From positions 300,468 to 364,467 of the forward strand of contig JAGSHD010000001.1 of the NCBI GenBank assembly GCA_023954715.1: 64,000 bases of DNA. The letters run 5' to 3'. The stretch is from Candidatus Cloacimonadota bacterium (lineage in GTDB: Bacteria > Muiribacteriota > UBA6191). The translations under genes were made by a program, and so were the position numbers. Of this stretch, positions 1-9,504 are shown in pieces; within the stretch, counting starts at the first letter, position 1, and the number at the start of each line of letters is the position of its first letter. The notes below the pieces were generated by a model that ran no database searches, was not told the origin of the DNA, and worked only from the letters and a program-made list of their open reading frames with translations.

Positions 1-47
1 ATTACTAGTTCTACATCTTCCTCATTTTTCTTATTTTCTTCACTCAT
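1..47 (-). CDS. 5' fragment of an unknown protein. It starts at the ATG whose reverse complement lies at 45-47, its N-terminus reads MSEENKKNEEDVELV, and the gene continues beyond the window start.
   Basis: An ATG preceded by AAGGA with 7-nt spacing on the minus strand. Only 15 codons are visible. Confidence 0.3.
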   Translation of the reverse strand, partial: MSEENKKNEEDVELV

Positions 48-74
48 GATATTTCCTTATATTTTGATTTAATT

Positions 75-106
75 AATTAAATAAGCGGGGTGATTGACTC
101 ACCCCT
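75..106 (-). terminator. Putative rho-independent terminator downstream of fadB. The hairpin is GGGGTGA / TCACCCC (87-93 / 99-105) and a U-rich tract follows in minus-strand RNA.
   Basis: A 7-bp G+C-rich stem with a 5-nt loop lies immediately after the fadB stop (114-116). A UUAUUUAAUU run follows on the minus strand. Confidence 0.45.
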
Positions 107-113
107 CTTGGTT

Positions 114-2291
114 TTATAGGTCGTAAAACGACTTATTGTCTTTAGCTAAAGACTTTAATAGTTCACATGGCTCGAATCTCTTACCATATTTTTGAGCCAA
201 AACATTCATTTTTTCAACAACGTTTGTAACTCCTACACTATCAGCATATTTCAATAAGCCACCATGAAATGGAGGGAACCCTGTTCCGTAAATCATAGCT
301 AAATCTAAATATGCTGGCTTTTCGATAACTTTTTCTTCTAGACATCTAGCAGCTTCATTAACCATAGTAAATACAAAACGATCTACCATTTCTTCTTTGG
401 TTATTGAATTCGATTTTTTAGCAGGTAAAAACTTTTGTACGCCTTCGTTAAATGTTCGAGATTTTCCTTTATGGATATAAATCCCTTTACCCATTTTCTT
501 ACCAAGTAAGCCACCTTCAACGATTTTACCTAAAAACTCTGGTACTCTCATTCGATCACCATAAGCTTCTTCTAGCAACTTAGCTACCTTATATCCAACA
601 TCTAATCCAACTTCATCAGCTAAAGTAAAAGGACCCATTGGCATACCAAACTTGTAGATAGTCTTATCGATTTCTTCAAGATCGCAACCTTCTTCTAAAA
701 GATACATTCCTTCGTTCATTGAAGGGATTAAGATTCGGTTTACTAAAAACCCTGCACAATCTCCAACTACGATTGGTGTTTTACCTAATTTTTTAACTAA
801 AGATACAAGTTTAGCAACGGACTCATCACTTGTTTTTTCACCACGAATAACTTCAACCAACGGCATTCTGTTTACTGGGTTAAAAAAGTGCATTCCGATG
901 AATCTTTCTGGGTGTTTCATTACTGATTGCATTTCAGAAATAGACAATGCAGAAGTATTTGAACAGATTAATGCATCGTTAGATACTTCACCTTCAAGCT
1001 CTTGAAGCACAGTTTTTTTGATTCCCATGTTTTCAACAATAGCTTCAACAACAACATCTGAACTCTTGAATCCTGAATAATCTAACGCACCAGAAATCTT
1101 GTGCATTTTCATATTTACTTGTGTTGGCTTTAGTTTACGCTTTTTTTGTAATACTTTATAGATATCTTGCGCTGCTTCAAATCCTTTAGAAACACCATCC
1201 CAATTAACATCTTTTAAACGTACAGGGATATCTTTGTAAGAAAACAACCAAGCGATTCCTCCACCCATAACTCCTGCACCTAATACAGCAGAATGATTTA
1301 CAGCTGGCACTTTGTAGTCATCAGGCATTTTAACACCAATATCTTTTTTTACTGCATCATCAGTGAAAAAGATATGTACTAAAGACTTAACAACACTTTT
1401 GTGTGTAGTCACAAGTTTAATAAAAGCTTCTGTTTCTCGTTTTAGGCCGTCTTTTAAAGACATACCATAAGTATCTTGTAATAAATCTAAGATAGCTAAA
1501 GGAGCTGGGTAGTGTCCTTTACTAGCTTTCATTACACCTTCTCTAGCTTTACTAAAAACAACATTTTTACCAAGAGGGTTTCCTTCTAATAAAAAGTTTT
1601 GTGTTGCTCCCATAAAACCTTTTGTAGTATTTCTTTTAGATAAGATCTTTTTCTTCTTTTTATCATCTAAAATTGTATCTACAAACTCAGCAATTTTTTC
1701 ATCGATAAACTCTGCTGCGATAATTGCATCAGCAATCTTCAACTTAAAAGCTTTTTTAGCATCAATCTTTTTACCTGTTAAAATCAAAGGCATAGCATTA
1801 ACTAAACCAATCAATTTAGGAAGTCTCTGCGTACCACCCCAACCTGGTAAAATACCAAGCATTACCTCTGGTAATCCAAGTGAAGTTTTCTTGTGATCTG
1901 TAACAACTCTATATGTACAAGCTAAAGACATCTCTAGTCCCCCACCCATACATGCTCCGTTAATAACAGCTACAGTAGGAAAAGGAAGGTTTTCTAGCTC
2001 AGTAAAAGTATTTACTCCACGAGTAATCAAATCTCTTGCTTCTTGAGATTGATCTCCCTCTTTATTTAGCATCTCTTGAATTTCTCCAACATCTGCTCCT
2101 GCGATAAAGATACCTTCTTTAGCACTCATTACTAATAAGACTTTAATTGATGTATTCGATTTTAACTCAGCGATCTTCTCACCTAATTCGATCATTACAT
2201 CTTTTGAGAATTTATTTACTTTTTCACCTGGAAGATCAAAAATTAATTTCGCAACTCCATTGTCATTTACTTCTATTTTAAATGCTGACAT
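114..2291 (-). CDS. fadB: Fatty acid oxidation complex alpha subunit (enoyl-CoA hydratase/isomerase plus 3-hydroxyacyl-CoA dehydrogenase, FadB/FadJ type). The start is reassigned to the ATG at 2289-2291 (MSAFKIEV...).
   Basis: The N-terminus has the crotonase fold (AGADV..., GxGG) and the C-terminus has the NAD-binding 3HCDH region (VLGAGVMGGGIA). The length is about 725 aa. GGAGG lies 7 nt upstream of the internal ATG. A TAATG overlap couples it to the upstream thiolase. The choice between fadB and fadJ paralogue is ambiguous. Confidence 0.9.
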   Translation of the reverse strand: MSAFKIEVNDNGVAKLIFDLPGEKVNKFSKDVMIELGEKIAELKSNTSIKVLLVMSAKEGIFIAGADVGEIQEMLNKEGDQSQEARDLITRGVNTFTELENLPFPTVAVINGACMGGGLEMSLACTYRVVTDHKKTSLGLPEVMLGILPGWGGTQRLPKLIGLVNAMPLILTGKKIDAKKAFKLKIADAIIAAEFIDEKIAEFVDTILDDKKKKKILSKRNTTKGFMGATQNFLLEGNPLGKNVVFSKAREGVMKASKGHYPAPLAILDLLQDTYGMSLKDGLKRETEAFIKLVTTHKSVVKSLVHIFFTDDAVKKDIGVKMPDDYKVPAVNHSAVLGAGVMGGGIAWLFSYKDIPVRLKDVNWDGVSKGFEAAQDIYKVLQKKRKLKPTQVNMKMHKISGALDYSGFKSSDVVVEAIVENMGIKKTVLQELEGEVSNDALICSNTSALSISEMQSVMKHPERFIGMHFFNPVNRMPLVEVIRGEKTSDESVAKLVSLVKKLGKTPIVVGDCAGFLVNRILIPSMNEGMYLLEEGCDLEEIDKTIYKFGMPMGPFTLADEVGLDVGYKVAKLLEEAYGDRMRVPEFLGKIVEGGLLGKKMGKGIYIHKGKSRTFNEGVQKFLPAKKSNSITKEEMVDRFVFTMVNEAARCLEEKVIEKPAYLDLAMIYGTGFPPFHGGLLKYADSVGVTNVVEKMNVLAQKYGKRFEPCELLKSLAKDNKSFYDL

Positions 2292-3586
2292 TATTCTGCC
2301 TCCAAAGTTAGAGCTGTTCCTTGACCGCCACCGATACAAAGAGTAACTAAACCATGTTGCTTTTTTCTTCTCTTTAATTCTTTTAGAGTATGGATAATTA
2401 GACGTGTTCCTGTTGCTCCAACTGGATGTCCTAAAGATATAGCTCCACCATTCACGTTTAGCTTATCTCTATCAACAACACCAATAGCATCAGCTCTACC
2501 TAAATATTTTTGACAATATTCTTTGGAAGCCATAGCTCTTTCGCAACCGATTACTTGAGCAGCAAATGCCTCGTTAATTTCAATCAAATCGAAATCTCCA
2601 AGTTGCTTGCCTGTTCGCTCTAAAATTTGTGAAGTAGCATATACAGGTCCAAGTCCCATTCTATCAGGAGCTAACCCAGCATAAGCATAATCAGTTAAAT
2701 AACCAATTGGAGTTAATCCCATTGCTTTTGCTTTAGACTCTCTCATAATGATCAGTCCAGCTGCACCATCTGTAATTTGTGAACAATTTGCTGGAGTTAC
2801 AGTACCAGCTAAACGATCAAAACAAGGTCGTAATTTTTGAAGACCTTTTAAATCTGTTCCGTTTCTAATTCCGTCATCTTCTGTTTGAACCGCTGTATAC
2901 TTTGGTCCAACAGGAATCGGTACGATCTCATCTTCAAAGATTCCGTTAGCTCGAGCTGCTTCTGCTCTGTTTTGACTCATCATAGCAAACTCATCTTGCT
3001 CAAGTCTTGAGATAGAAAAGTCTTTTGAAATCAACTCTGCTGTTTGTCCCATTTGTAAACTACATAATGGATCTAACAAACCAGGAATAACTGGTGCTAG
3101 AAAAGCTGGTCTAAATTTAGAGATAACATCTAATTTTGCTGATAAAGATTTAGCTTTACCAAGTCCCATAAAAATATCGATCATCTTTTTACCAAACAAA
3201 ATCGGAACATTACTCATAGACTCGCATCCACCAGCTAAAATTACATCCGCATATCCTGCTAAAATTTTGTTCATACCAGTAGTAACAGACTCCATACCAG
3301 AGGCACAGTTTCTATTTACAGTATATGAAGGGATTCGCTCAGGAACTCCTGCTTTTACCGCTAATATTCTTGTAAGGTTTGTTGATTGAGGTGGTTGTAT
3401 AACGTTACCAAAGATGATTTCATCTAAATCGTTTGCGTCAAAACCGGTTTTTGCTAACAACTCTTTTACCACGTGGGCACCTAAATCATCTGCTTGCATC
3501 TCACCAAGTACACCGGGTACTTTTGGGTTCGTTGATTTGCAAAATGGAGTTCTTACTCCATCAATAATTGCAATTCGTTCTGCCAT
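2291..3586 (-). CDS. fadA: 3-ketoacyl-CoA thiolase (acetyl-CoA acyltransferase, FadA/FadI type). The start is set at MAERIAIIDGVRTPF.
   Basis: A conserved thiolase N-terminus, an active-site Cys region (NRNCASGM) and a C-terminal GHPVGATG / CIGGGQG are present. AGGAGA lies 7 nt upstream of the ATG at 3584-3586. The upstream TTG/ATG extension lacks SD spacing. Confidence 0.9.
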   Translation of the reverse strand: MAERIAIIDGVRTPFCKSTNPKVPGVLGEMQADDLGAHVVKELLAKTGFDANDLDEIIFGNVIQPPQSTNLTRILAVKAGVPERIPSYTVNRNCASGMESVTTGMNKILAGYADVILAGGCESMSNVPILFGKKMIDIFMGLGKAKSLSAKLDVISKFRPAFLAPVIPGLLDPLCSLQMGQTAELISKDFSISRLEQDEFAMMSQNRAEAARANGIFEDEIVPIPVGPKYTAVQTEDDGIRNGTDLKGLQKLRPCFDRLAGTVTPANCSQITDGAAGLIIMRESKAKAMGLTPIGYLTDYAYAGLAPDRMGLGPVYATSQILERTGKQLGDFDLIEINEAFAAQVIGCERAMASKEYCQKYLGRADAIGVVDRDKLNVNGGAISLGHPVGATGTRLIIHTLKELKRRKKQHGLVTLCIGGGQGTALTLEAE

Positions 3587-3652
3587 TTTCATTCTCCTGC
3601 TTAGTTGTGATCCAAATGTATCCACAAACATCAAAACCCAATTGGTTTAAAT

Positions 3653-5437
3653 CTAGTTTGGCTCTGAATACATTGATTCTATTAATTTATTATATTTTTC
3701 TTCTATTACAAATCTTTTAATTTTCATTGTGGGAGTTAACTCACCACTTTCTATGGTTAAAGGAGTAACCACTAATCGAAATTTTCTAATTTGTTCCCAA
3801 TGGGACAAACCTCTATTTATGTTTTCGATATATTGTTGAATTTTTGCTTTTAAGTACTTACTCGCCACAAACTCTTCAACTCCTAAATCCGTCATTTTCT
3901 TTTTTCGTTTTAACTTTTCGATTTCTGCTAAATCCATAAATAAAAGACAAGATGGAAACTTACGACCTTCTGCAACCAGCATCGCAGATTCGATGTATTT
4001 ACTCTTTGTTAAATGTCTTTCAATGGATATGGGAGCTATATATTTCCCATTAGAGGTTTTAAAAATCTCTTTAATCCGTCCGACGATTCTTAGAAAGCCA
4101 TCATTATCAATTACACCTTTATCACCAGTGCGTAACCACCCATCAGGTAAAATTACATCACTAGTAGCCTCTGGGTTTTTATGATACCCACGCATCACAC
4201 TGTCAGACTTAGTCAATACTTCGCCACGCTCACTCAGTTTAATCTCTGTACCCTCTATGGCTTTACCTACAAACCCAATCTTATTAGAGCGTGGAGATGA
4301 GCTTGTGATTACAGGTGAAGACTCGGTTAAACCATATCCTTGAAAAACTGGCACCCCAATTTTTATAAAAAAGCTACAAATCCTTGGATTTAAAGCTGCT
4401 CCACCCAATATCAATGCCTTTAACTCTCCGCCAAGAGCAGCTCTAAATTTTGAGTAAACTAACCGATCAAAAATAGGTAAACACAGATAATAAAAAGGAT
4501 TGATTCGGTGATACGCTAATAAAAAAGCGATTCTAGCTAATCTTGCTTTAAAGCCTTTTTGAGATCGTATTTTTTTCTCCATGGCCTCATAAATTTTTTC
4601 AAGTAATCTAGGAACCATAGTCATCATATCTGGCTTAATCTCTTTGGCGTAATCAGCAGTCTTTTTTACATCATCTGCTATATATACATGAATATTCATA
4701 GCCAAATAGAAATATATAATCATCCGCTCAAAAGTGTGTGCTACCGGTAAACAAGAGATTGCAGTCTTTAAAACCAGATCTTCATGAAGAAGTTTTGATA
4801 CTGCTTTTACTTGGTGCAAGAGATTTTTGTGACTTAGTTCTACACCTTTTGGTAAACCTGTTGAACCACTAGTATAAATAATCGTTAACAAATCCTCAGC
4901 ATTACCGTTTTCTAACAACTTAGAATAGGCTGTTGGATCTTGAGAAAGAGACCGCTCTCCAAGAGTCATAACTTCAGAATATGAATTAATATTTAAGCCA
5001 GATTGAGGCTTTGCTGACTCTAAAGTGATTAGATCAGTTAAAGTACAATTTTCTAATGTAAATTCTTCAAAAAAAGCTTCATCTTCTACGACTAAATGAG
5101 AAACTTCCGCATGCTCCATTTGATGCTCAAACACTTCTTGAGATACATTGACAAAGACTGGGATATTGATAGCACCAATAGATAACAGAGCTAGATCGAA
5201 AAATACCCAATGTGCCGAAGATGGTATTAATAAAGCAACCCTATCTCCTGAGTTTATACCAAGCTTTGCTAGACCACAACTTAGACGTGTAACTTCTTGT
5301 TCTACGTCTGCTGATGAGTATGTTTTCCATTTGTTGCCTTCTCTAGAAGAAATTAACCGATCTGTGCCATGTTTGAAAATTACTTGGTTTAGTAAATCTT
5401 TCATTGTATCGCAATTTTGAAGTCGGTCTTGTAGCAC
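3653..5437 (-). CDS. Long-chain-fatty-acid--CoA ligase (AMP-dependent synthetase, FadD-like), probably with a GTG start.
   Basis: It has the AMP-binding motif YTSGSTGLPKGV, a PVAHTFER-like region, and GYGLTE...GEV. The codon at 5435-5437 is GTG, preceded by AGGAT with 6-nt spacing. An alternative ATG lies at 5402-5404. Confidence 0.85.
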   Translation of the reverse strand: MLQDRLQNCDTMKDLLNQVIFKHGTDRLISSREGNKWKTYSSADVEQEVTRLSCGLAKLGINSGDRVALLIPSSAHWVFFDLALLSIGAINIPVFVNVSQEVFEHQMEHAEVSHLVVEDEAFFEEFTLENCTLTDLITLESAKPQSGLNINSYSEVMTLGERSLSQDPTAYSKLLENGNAEDLLTIIYTSGSTGLPKGVELSHKNLLHQVKAVSKLLHEDLVLKTAISCLPVAHTFERMIIYFYLAMNIHVYIADDVKKTADYAKEIKPDMMTMVPRLLEKIYEAMEKKIRSQKGFKARLARIAFLLAYHRINPFYYLCLPIFDRLVYSKFRAALGGELKALILGGAALNPRICSFFIKIGVPVFQGYGLTESSPVITSSSPRSNKIGFVGKAIEGTEIKLSERGEVLTKSDSVMRGYHKNPEATSDVILPDGWLRTGDKGVIDNDGFLRIVGRIKEIFKTSNGKYIAPISIERHLTKSKYIESAMLVAEGRKFPSCLLFMDLAEIEKLKRKKKMTDLGVEEFVASKYLKAKIQQYIENINRGLSHWEQIRKFRLVVTPLTIESGELTPTMKIKRFVIEEKYNKLIESMYSEPN

Positions 5438-5493
5438 TCAATATCCTATGGGTCTAAAACAATTTATACAATGTTGTTTCTAGTATAAATTAA

Positions 5494-5553
5494 GTTAATT
5501 AACTAATCAGTTACATAATAAGTAACTAAATAGTTAACGTCAAGGATTAATCC
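5494..5553. promoter_or_regulatory. Cluster of TTAA-core palindromes upstream of the fad operon. These are GTTAATTAAC (5494-5503), AGTTAC-n7-GTAACT (5509-5527), GTTAAC (5532-5537) and GGATTAATCC (5544-5553). It is a candidate operator array.
   Basis: Four perfect or near-perfect inverted repeats with related half-sites sit within 60 bp of the 5' region of the fadD-fadA-fadB transcription unit. Confidence 0.3.
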
Positions 5554-5651
5554 ATAGAAAACTCGGTTATTTTTGTTAGTGACTACCAACAAATGGTATT
5601 CATTACAAAAGTTTTAGATTTTGTACTAAGCGGAACCAAAATTTTATACTA

Positions 5652-5690
5652 CAAAAAAGTCTCCAACTGATTGGATAGAGACTTTTTAAT
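5652..5690. terminator. Bidirectional rho-independent terminator. The stem is AGTCTC+CCAA / TTGG+GAGACT, flanked by an A-tract and a T-tract.
   Basis: The hairpin at 5658-5683 is preceded by AAAAAA and followed by TTTTTAATT. It lies about 90 nt downstream of the minus-strand gene ending at 5772. Confidence 0.6.
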
Positions 5691-5771
5691 TACTTTACTT
5701 GTCTGTTTGAAATATTCACAAAAGCTAAACCAATGTAAATTCAATCCTATGAATGGTTCATAGCTGACAGC

Positions 5772-7055
5772 CTACTTTTTATACAAACTATTAAAGTTTT
5801 CTGTTTTACTGTTTAGAGAGTATGCAACTTGAAAAAACTCTTTAAACCAAGGTAAATGTCGAAAACCATAATGTCCTCCATCTTCTAACAGAATAATATC
5901 TTTTCCACGTTTAGCATAGGCATTCCATAAAGCATCTGCATTTAAAAAATCATCTTCACAATTGATTACTCGAAAATGATCATAACCTGATTTTTTAGCC
6001 TGATTGATCCAATACAGCAAGTCTCCGTACTTTCCAACCAATTTCACTTTAGTTTCTGGGGCATAAACATCAAAAAATTTATGAAAGTTCATAGATCTTT
6101 TCCACTTTTTATATTTAGGAGATAATGACCCTAAAACTCCTCCAGGAATTGAATTCAAATTATTTACTTTATCAAAAACTTTGATAGATTTAATCAATTC
6201 ACTATGAAACCCCTGATAGACTGTTAAGCCCTGAGCTGTCTCGTAATGTTTTTCAGTTAATTCATTTTTCTTTTCAGCCTTGCAAAAGCTTTTATATCTC
6301 AACAATACGGATACTAAACTCATTCCCATAAAAGGCTCTTTACTCTCTAAAACCACTTGGTCTAAGCGATCTAAGGTTCGTCCAAAATTAAATGGTGCTG
6401 ATAATATTGTTGAATCGTAAAAACCAATTGGAGAGTCATTTTTTGCATCTAATGCACTAATAATTGCTGTTAAAAAAGATCCTGCACTCACACCAGCAAT
6501 TCTGATTTTGCTATGATCTACTAAGCCATCTTTATCTAGTCTAGTAATTGCTTGACGAAATGCAGAATAAATTGATTTCGCCTCTTCTTCTACATCACCT
6601 AACATAGCCTTAGGTTTAAGACCAACATAGTCTGTCCCCCATGGGTTGGGAGGAGAGATAACGTGATAACCTAGTCGAGTTCCTTCATCCATCCACTGTC
6701 TAGACTGCCCATTTTTTAAATTAGAAAAAGCACCCGGTATATAAAATAATACTGGTGCTTTTATTTTGTTTCCTTGGTCATCTTGCTGAAGTCCTACTCT
6801 TAAAGGCAGAGGCCCGTTTAAAAGAGATTCTACAGGCATTTCCCATTGCTCCACAGGAACAATCATATTTTTTTCTTTTGTTTTTGGCTTGTTACAAATA
6901 CTGCTCAAAGTTGCCACAAAACCATTTTGAAATGGATGACTATATTTTTCAGAGTGATCAATGACCTCTTGTGACCATCCCGCTGAAAAATTAACTGTCG
7001 TAAATAATAGACTAATAGCACCGTATAAAAGTGGTTTTGAAAGAACTTTCATCAT
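5772..7055 (-). CDS. Secreted alpha/beta-hydrolase (putative esterase/lipase) with an N-terminal signal peptide.
   Basis: A signal peptide (MMKVLSKPLLYGAISLLFTTVNFSAG) and the nucleophile elbow GVSAG (GxSxG) are present. A GGAG RBS precedes the start. Confidence 0.7.
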   Translation of the reverse strand: MMKVLSKPLLYGAISLLFTTVNFSAGWSQEVIDHSEKYSHPFQNGFVATLSSICNKPKTKEKNMIVPVEQWEMPVESLLNGPLPLRVGLQQDDQGNKIKAPVLFYIPGAFSNLKNGQSRQWMDEGTRLGYHVISPPNPWGTDYVGLKPKAMLGDVEEEAKSIYSAFRQAITRLDKDGLVDHSKIRIAGVSAGSFLTAIISALDAKNDSPIGFYDSTILSAPFNFGRTLDRLDQVVLESKEPFMGMSLVSVLLRYKSFCKAEKKNELTEKHYETAQGLTVYQGFHSELIKSIKVFDKVNNLNSIPGGVLGSLSPKYKKWKRSMNFHKFFDVYAPETKVKLVGKYGDLLYWINQAKKSGYDHFRVINCEDDFLNADALWNAYAKRGKDIILLEDGGHYGFRHLPWFKEFFQVAYSLNSKTENFNSLYKK

Positions 7056-7150
7056 GTATACATCTCCAAAAGATTTATTTAATAATAATTTTATGAATTA
7101 ATCTGTGTTAAATTGGCTCTAGGTTAAAATAAGATAAAAAGTAGGCACAT

Positions 7151-8263
7151 ATGAACCCAATTTTACAGAATCTTCTAGTATTCTACTGCTTTAGTGGCTT
7201 TTGGCAAGTCTTTGCAGTAAATAATCCCATTACTGATTGGAAAACTGATTATTCAAAAGAAAATTCAAAGCGTTTTCAACAACTAGACCAATACGCATTT
7301 TCTAATGACGAACCTTTTCATACAGATAGTCTACTAGTTATACAAAACAAAAAAATCGTCTACCAAAAGTTTGCCAATGGCTACAAAGTTGATCAAAAAC
7401 ATCGTATCTGGTCTATATCTAAAAGCATCAGTGCTATGTTGATTGGTATAGCCATCAAAGAAAAACTATTGTCTTTAGATGATTTAGTCTCAAAGTACTA
7501 TCCTCAGGTACAAGCAAACTATGCTAAGCAATTGAAACTTAGACACCTTATGCACATGAGCTCGGGATTTAACTGGAGCGAAGGATACGAATCAAACCCT
7601 TTTAACTCAGATGTAATCAAAATGCTTTACATAGATCAACACAAAGATATGGCTGCATATACTGCAAGTCGTCCTTTTTTACATCCTCCCGGTAAGGTAT
7701 TTCATTACTCTAGTGGTGAAACAAACTTAATCATGGGTATCTTAAAAAAGACACTCACTAAAGCTCAATACGATGACTATCCATGGAGAAAACTTTTTGA
7801 TCCTTTAGATATAAAAACCGCAACTTGGCAACAAGATTTATCGGGAACCTTCATAGGCTCATCATACCTCTTTATGAGTCCTAAAGATTTAGCTAAAATA
7901 GGGACCCTTATTTTACAAAAAGGTTTGTGGAACAATAAAAGAGTATTATCAGAAGACTACGTAAATTATATGACAAGCCTATCTCCCTCCATGAAAGCTC
8001 TCAAGTCTTTTGAAGACGATGAAAATGACTCTTATGGTGCTCAGTGGTGGCTAAATCAAGATTTAGCTAATAAAAAAGACAGTAAAAAATACCCTTCTGC
8101 TCCTGACGATACTATTTTAGGTCTTGGTCATCATGGACAACTCTTAGTGATTATTCCTAGTAAAAATGTGGTAATGGTTCGATATGCTTCTGATACTGAG
8201 GGAGCAATGGACAGAGATAAAATCCTTGAATATCTGATGGGGGCAATTCATGATAAAAAATAA
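7151..8263 (+). CDS. Beta-lactamase/transpeptidase-fold serine hydrolase (esterase/PBP-like), secreted.
   Basis: An N-terminal hydrophobic leader and the SxxK motif (SISK) are present near the N-terminus. YSSGE and HHGQ regions lie downstream. The length is about 370 aa, typical of the family. Confidence 0.75.
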   Translation: MNPILQNLLVFYCFSGFWQVFAVNNPITDWKTDYSKENSKRFQQLDQYAFSNDEPFHTDSLLVIQNKKIVYQKFANGYKVDQKHRIWSISKSISAMLIGIAIKEKLLSLDDLVSKYYPQVQANYAKQLKLRHLMHMSSGFNWSEGYESNPFNSDVIKMLYIDQHKDMAAYTASRPFLHPPGKVFHYSSGETNLIMGILKKTLTKAQYDDYPWRKLFDPLDIKTATWQQDLSGTFIGSSYLFMSPKDLAKIGTLILQKGLWNNKRVLSEDYVNYMTSLSPSMKALKSFEDDENDSYGAQWWLNQDLANKKDSKKYPSAPDDTILGLGHHGQLLVIIPSKNVVMVRYASDTEGAMDRDKILEYLMGAIHDKK

Positions 8264-8564
8264 TAAATTCAAGCTTTTGTTTGCTGTAGTTTTAATCTTA
8301 TCCTACTTTGCTTGGGATGCGTATATCAATAGTACTTTTAAAAGAGTCATACCCGCATCTTTTGTCACCGAGTTTTGCTCCTGCTATTATGTTGAAAAAC
8401 AAAGTCAAAAACACTGTGAATGGTACTCATCACAAATCATCTCGGTAAGCGACTATCACATAGATGAAGATAAAAAAGCCATAACAGCACACGGACTCCA
8501 CGAAGAAGCCCTGGCAGTATTTAAAAATGATCGTTTGGGTTGTGTTTTGATGGAAGAAAAGTAG
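8250..8564 (+). CDS. Small hypothetical protein with an N-terminal hydrophobic segment and four Cys.
   Basis: The ORF overlaps the upstream gene by 14 nt, suggesting coupling, and is followed by a strong terminator. There is no family assignment. Confidence 0.4.
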   Translation: MIKNNKFKLLFAVVLILSYFAWDAYINSTFKRVIPASFVTEFCSCYYVEKQSQKHCEWYSSQIISVSDYHIDEDKKAITAHGLHEEALAVFKNDRLGCVLMEEK

Positions 8565-8581
8565 AGTCAAACCCTATAATC

Positions 8582-8620
8582 CAAAAAAAGACCACACCGC
8601 AAGGCATGGTCTTTTTTTTA
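8582..8620. terminator. Bidirectional rho-independent terminator with stem AAGACCA/TGGTCTT and an inner GCAA loop.
   Basis: The 7-bp stem at 8588-8594 / 8607-8613 is preceded by AAAAAAA and followed by TTTTTTTT. It lies between convergent genes. Confidence 0.65.
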
Positions 8621-8636
8621 GGTCGAAGATTTAATC

Positions 8637-9299
8637 TTATTTTTTGAATAATTCGTAGTTTTCTTCTTCGTCATTACCGTTACCATCGTAAGAGTATTCT
8701 GGTTTAGAGTCTTCACTTTCAATCTCTCCACCTCGTACAGATAATCTTACATAATAATCTTTAATATTACTTCTTACTTCAGAGACTACATGACGAAGTC
8801 TAATTTTTGTTTCAAATTTAGAGGCCCCTGCACCAAAGTAACCAGCACTTTGAGCTTGCTCCACTTTTGCCTTAACATCAACATAAAATGTTTGAATCAC
8901 ATCATCTGAAATCATATTGTCTTGCATTAACTCCAATTTGATCGGTACAGAAACACAAGAGCCTACTTCTTTGACCTCTGCGTAGTCTCCACCAGCTTCA
9001 GCAAGTTTACAATTCGATCCGACAGATCCACCTTTTGCCAAAGCTAATTTTGCTTTTACTGTACCACTAGTAACTAAAACAAAACCACCATCACCGGATC
9101 CTACTTCATAGAGTTTGTGAGAAATGTCACCAGACAAGCTATCTTTGTGAACGAAAGTATCTTTTGAACTTTGGTTTTTACTTTCTTTCCACGTGTAGTC
9201 TTCACTATTATCCCAATTTACATAGACATGATCCCCTGCTACTAATGGATTAATCAAGACGGATACTACTGCTAGAGATTTAAAAAATTTATTTAACAT
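8637..9299 (-). CDS. Hypothetical secreted protein.
   Basis: A signal peptide (MLNKFFKSLAVVSVLINPLVAG) and an acidic C-terminus are present. No recognisable catalytic motif was seen. Confidence 0.55.
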   Translation of the reverse strand: MLNKFFKSLAVVSVLINPLVAGDHVYVNWDNSEDYTWKESKNQSSKDTFVHKDSLSGDISHKLYEVGSGDGGFVLVTSGTVKAKLALAKGGSVGSNCKLAEAGGDYAEVKEVGSCVSVPIKLELMQDNMISDDVIQTFYVDVKAKVEQAQSAGYFGAGASKFETKIRLRHVVSEVRSNIKDYYVRLSVRGGEIESEDSKPEYSYDGNGNDEEENYELFKK

Positions 9300-9504
9300 T
9301 TTGGTCCTAAGTGTTAGCTATTACAAATATGTACATTTAAATTATAAGTATAATTATAATCTTGTCTAGTGCTTTTACTTTAAGTATTTACAAATTATCC
9401 TTAATCTAACGACTTGCCAAAATCCATATACTTACTATAATATTCTGATACATCCGTAATAATATAGTAAATTATTTATTCTCATCATTCTATTTAGGAC
9501 TTAT

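Noticed and set aside
2291-2339. N-terminal extensions in the supplied ORF track (for example fadB from 2339, fadA from 3634, the 57557 and 49839 ORFs)
   Set aside because: The track evidently opens ORFs at GTG/TTG as well as ATG. The extensions lack Shine-Dalgarno support and would overlap upstream genes, so internal ATG starts with proper SD spacing were preferred.
3414-3650. 78-aa plus-strand ORF
   Set aside because: It lies entirely antisense within the well-supported thiolase gene. It has no RBS and a low-complexity translation.
3993-5420. Plus-strand ORFs 3993-4184 and 5148-5420
   Set aside because: Both lie antisense inside the acyl-CoA ligase CDS. They have no support other than the absence of stop codons.
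9432-9469. Inverted repeat TACTATA-n22-TATAGTA in the divergent promoter region between 9299 and 9505
   Set aside because: It is AT-only and indistinguishable from overlapping -10-like hexamers. It was not reported as a feature.
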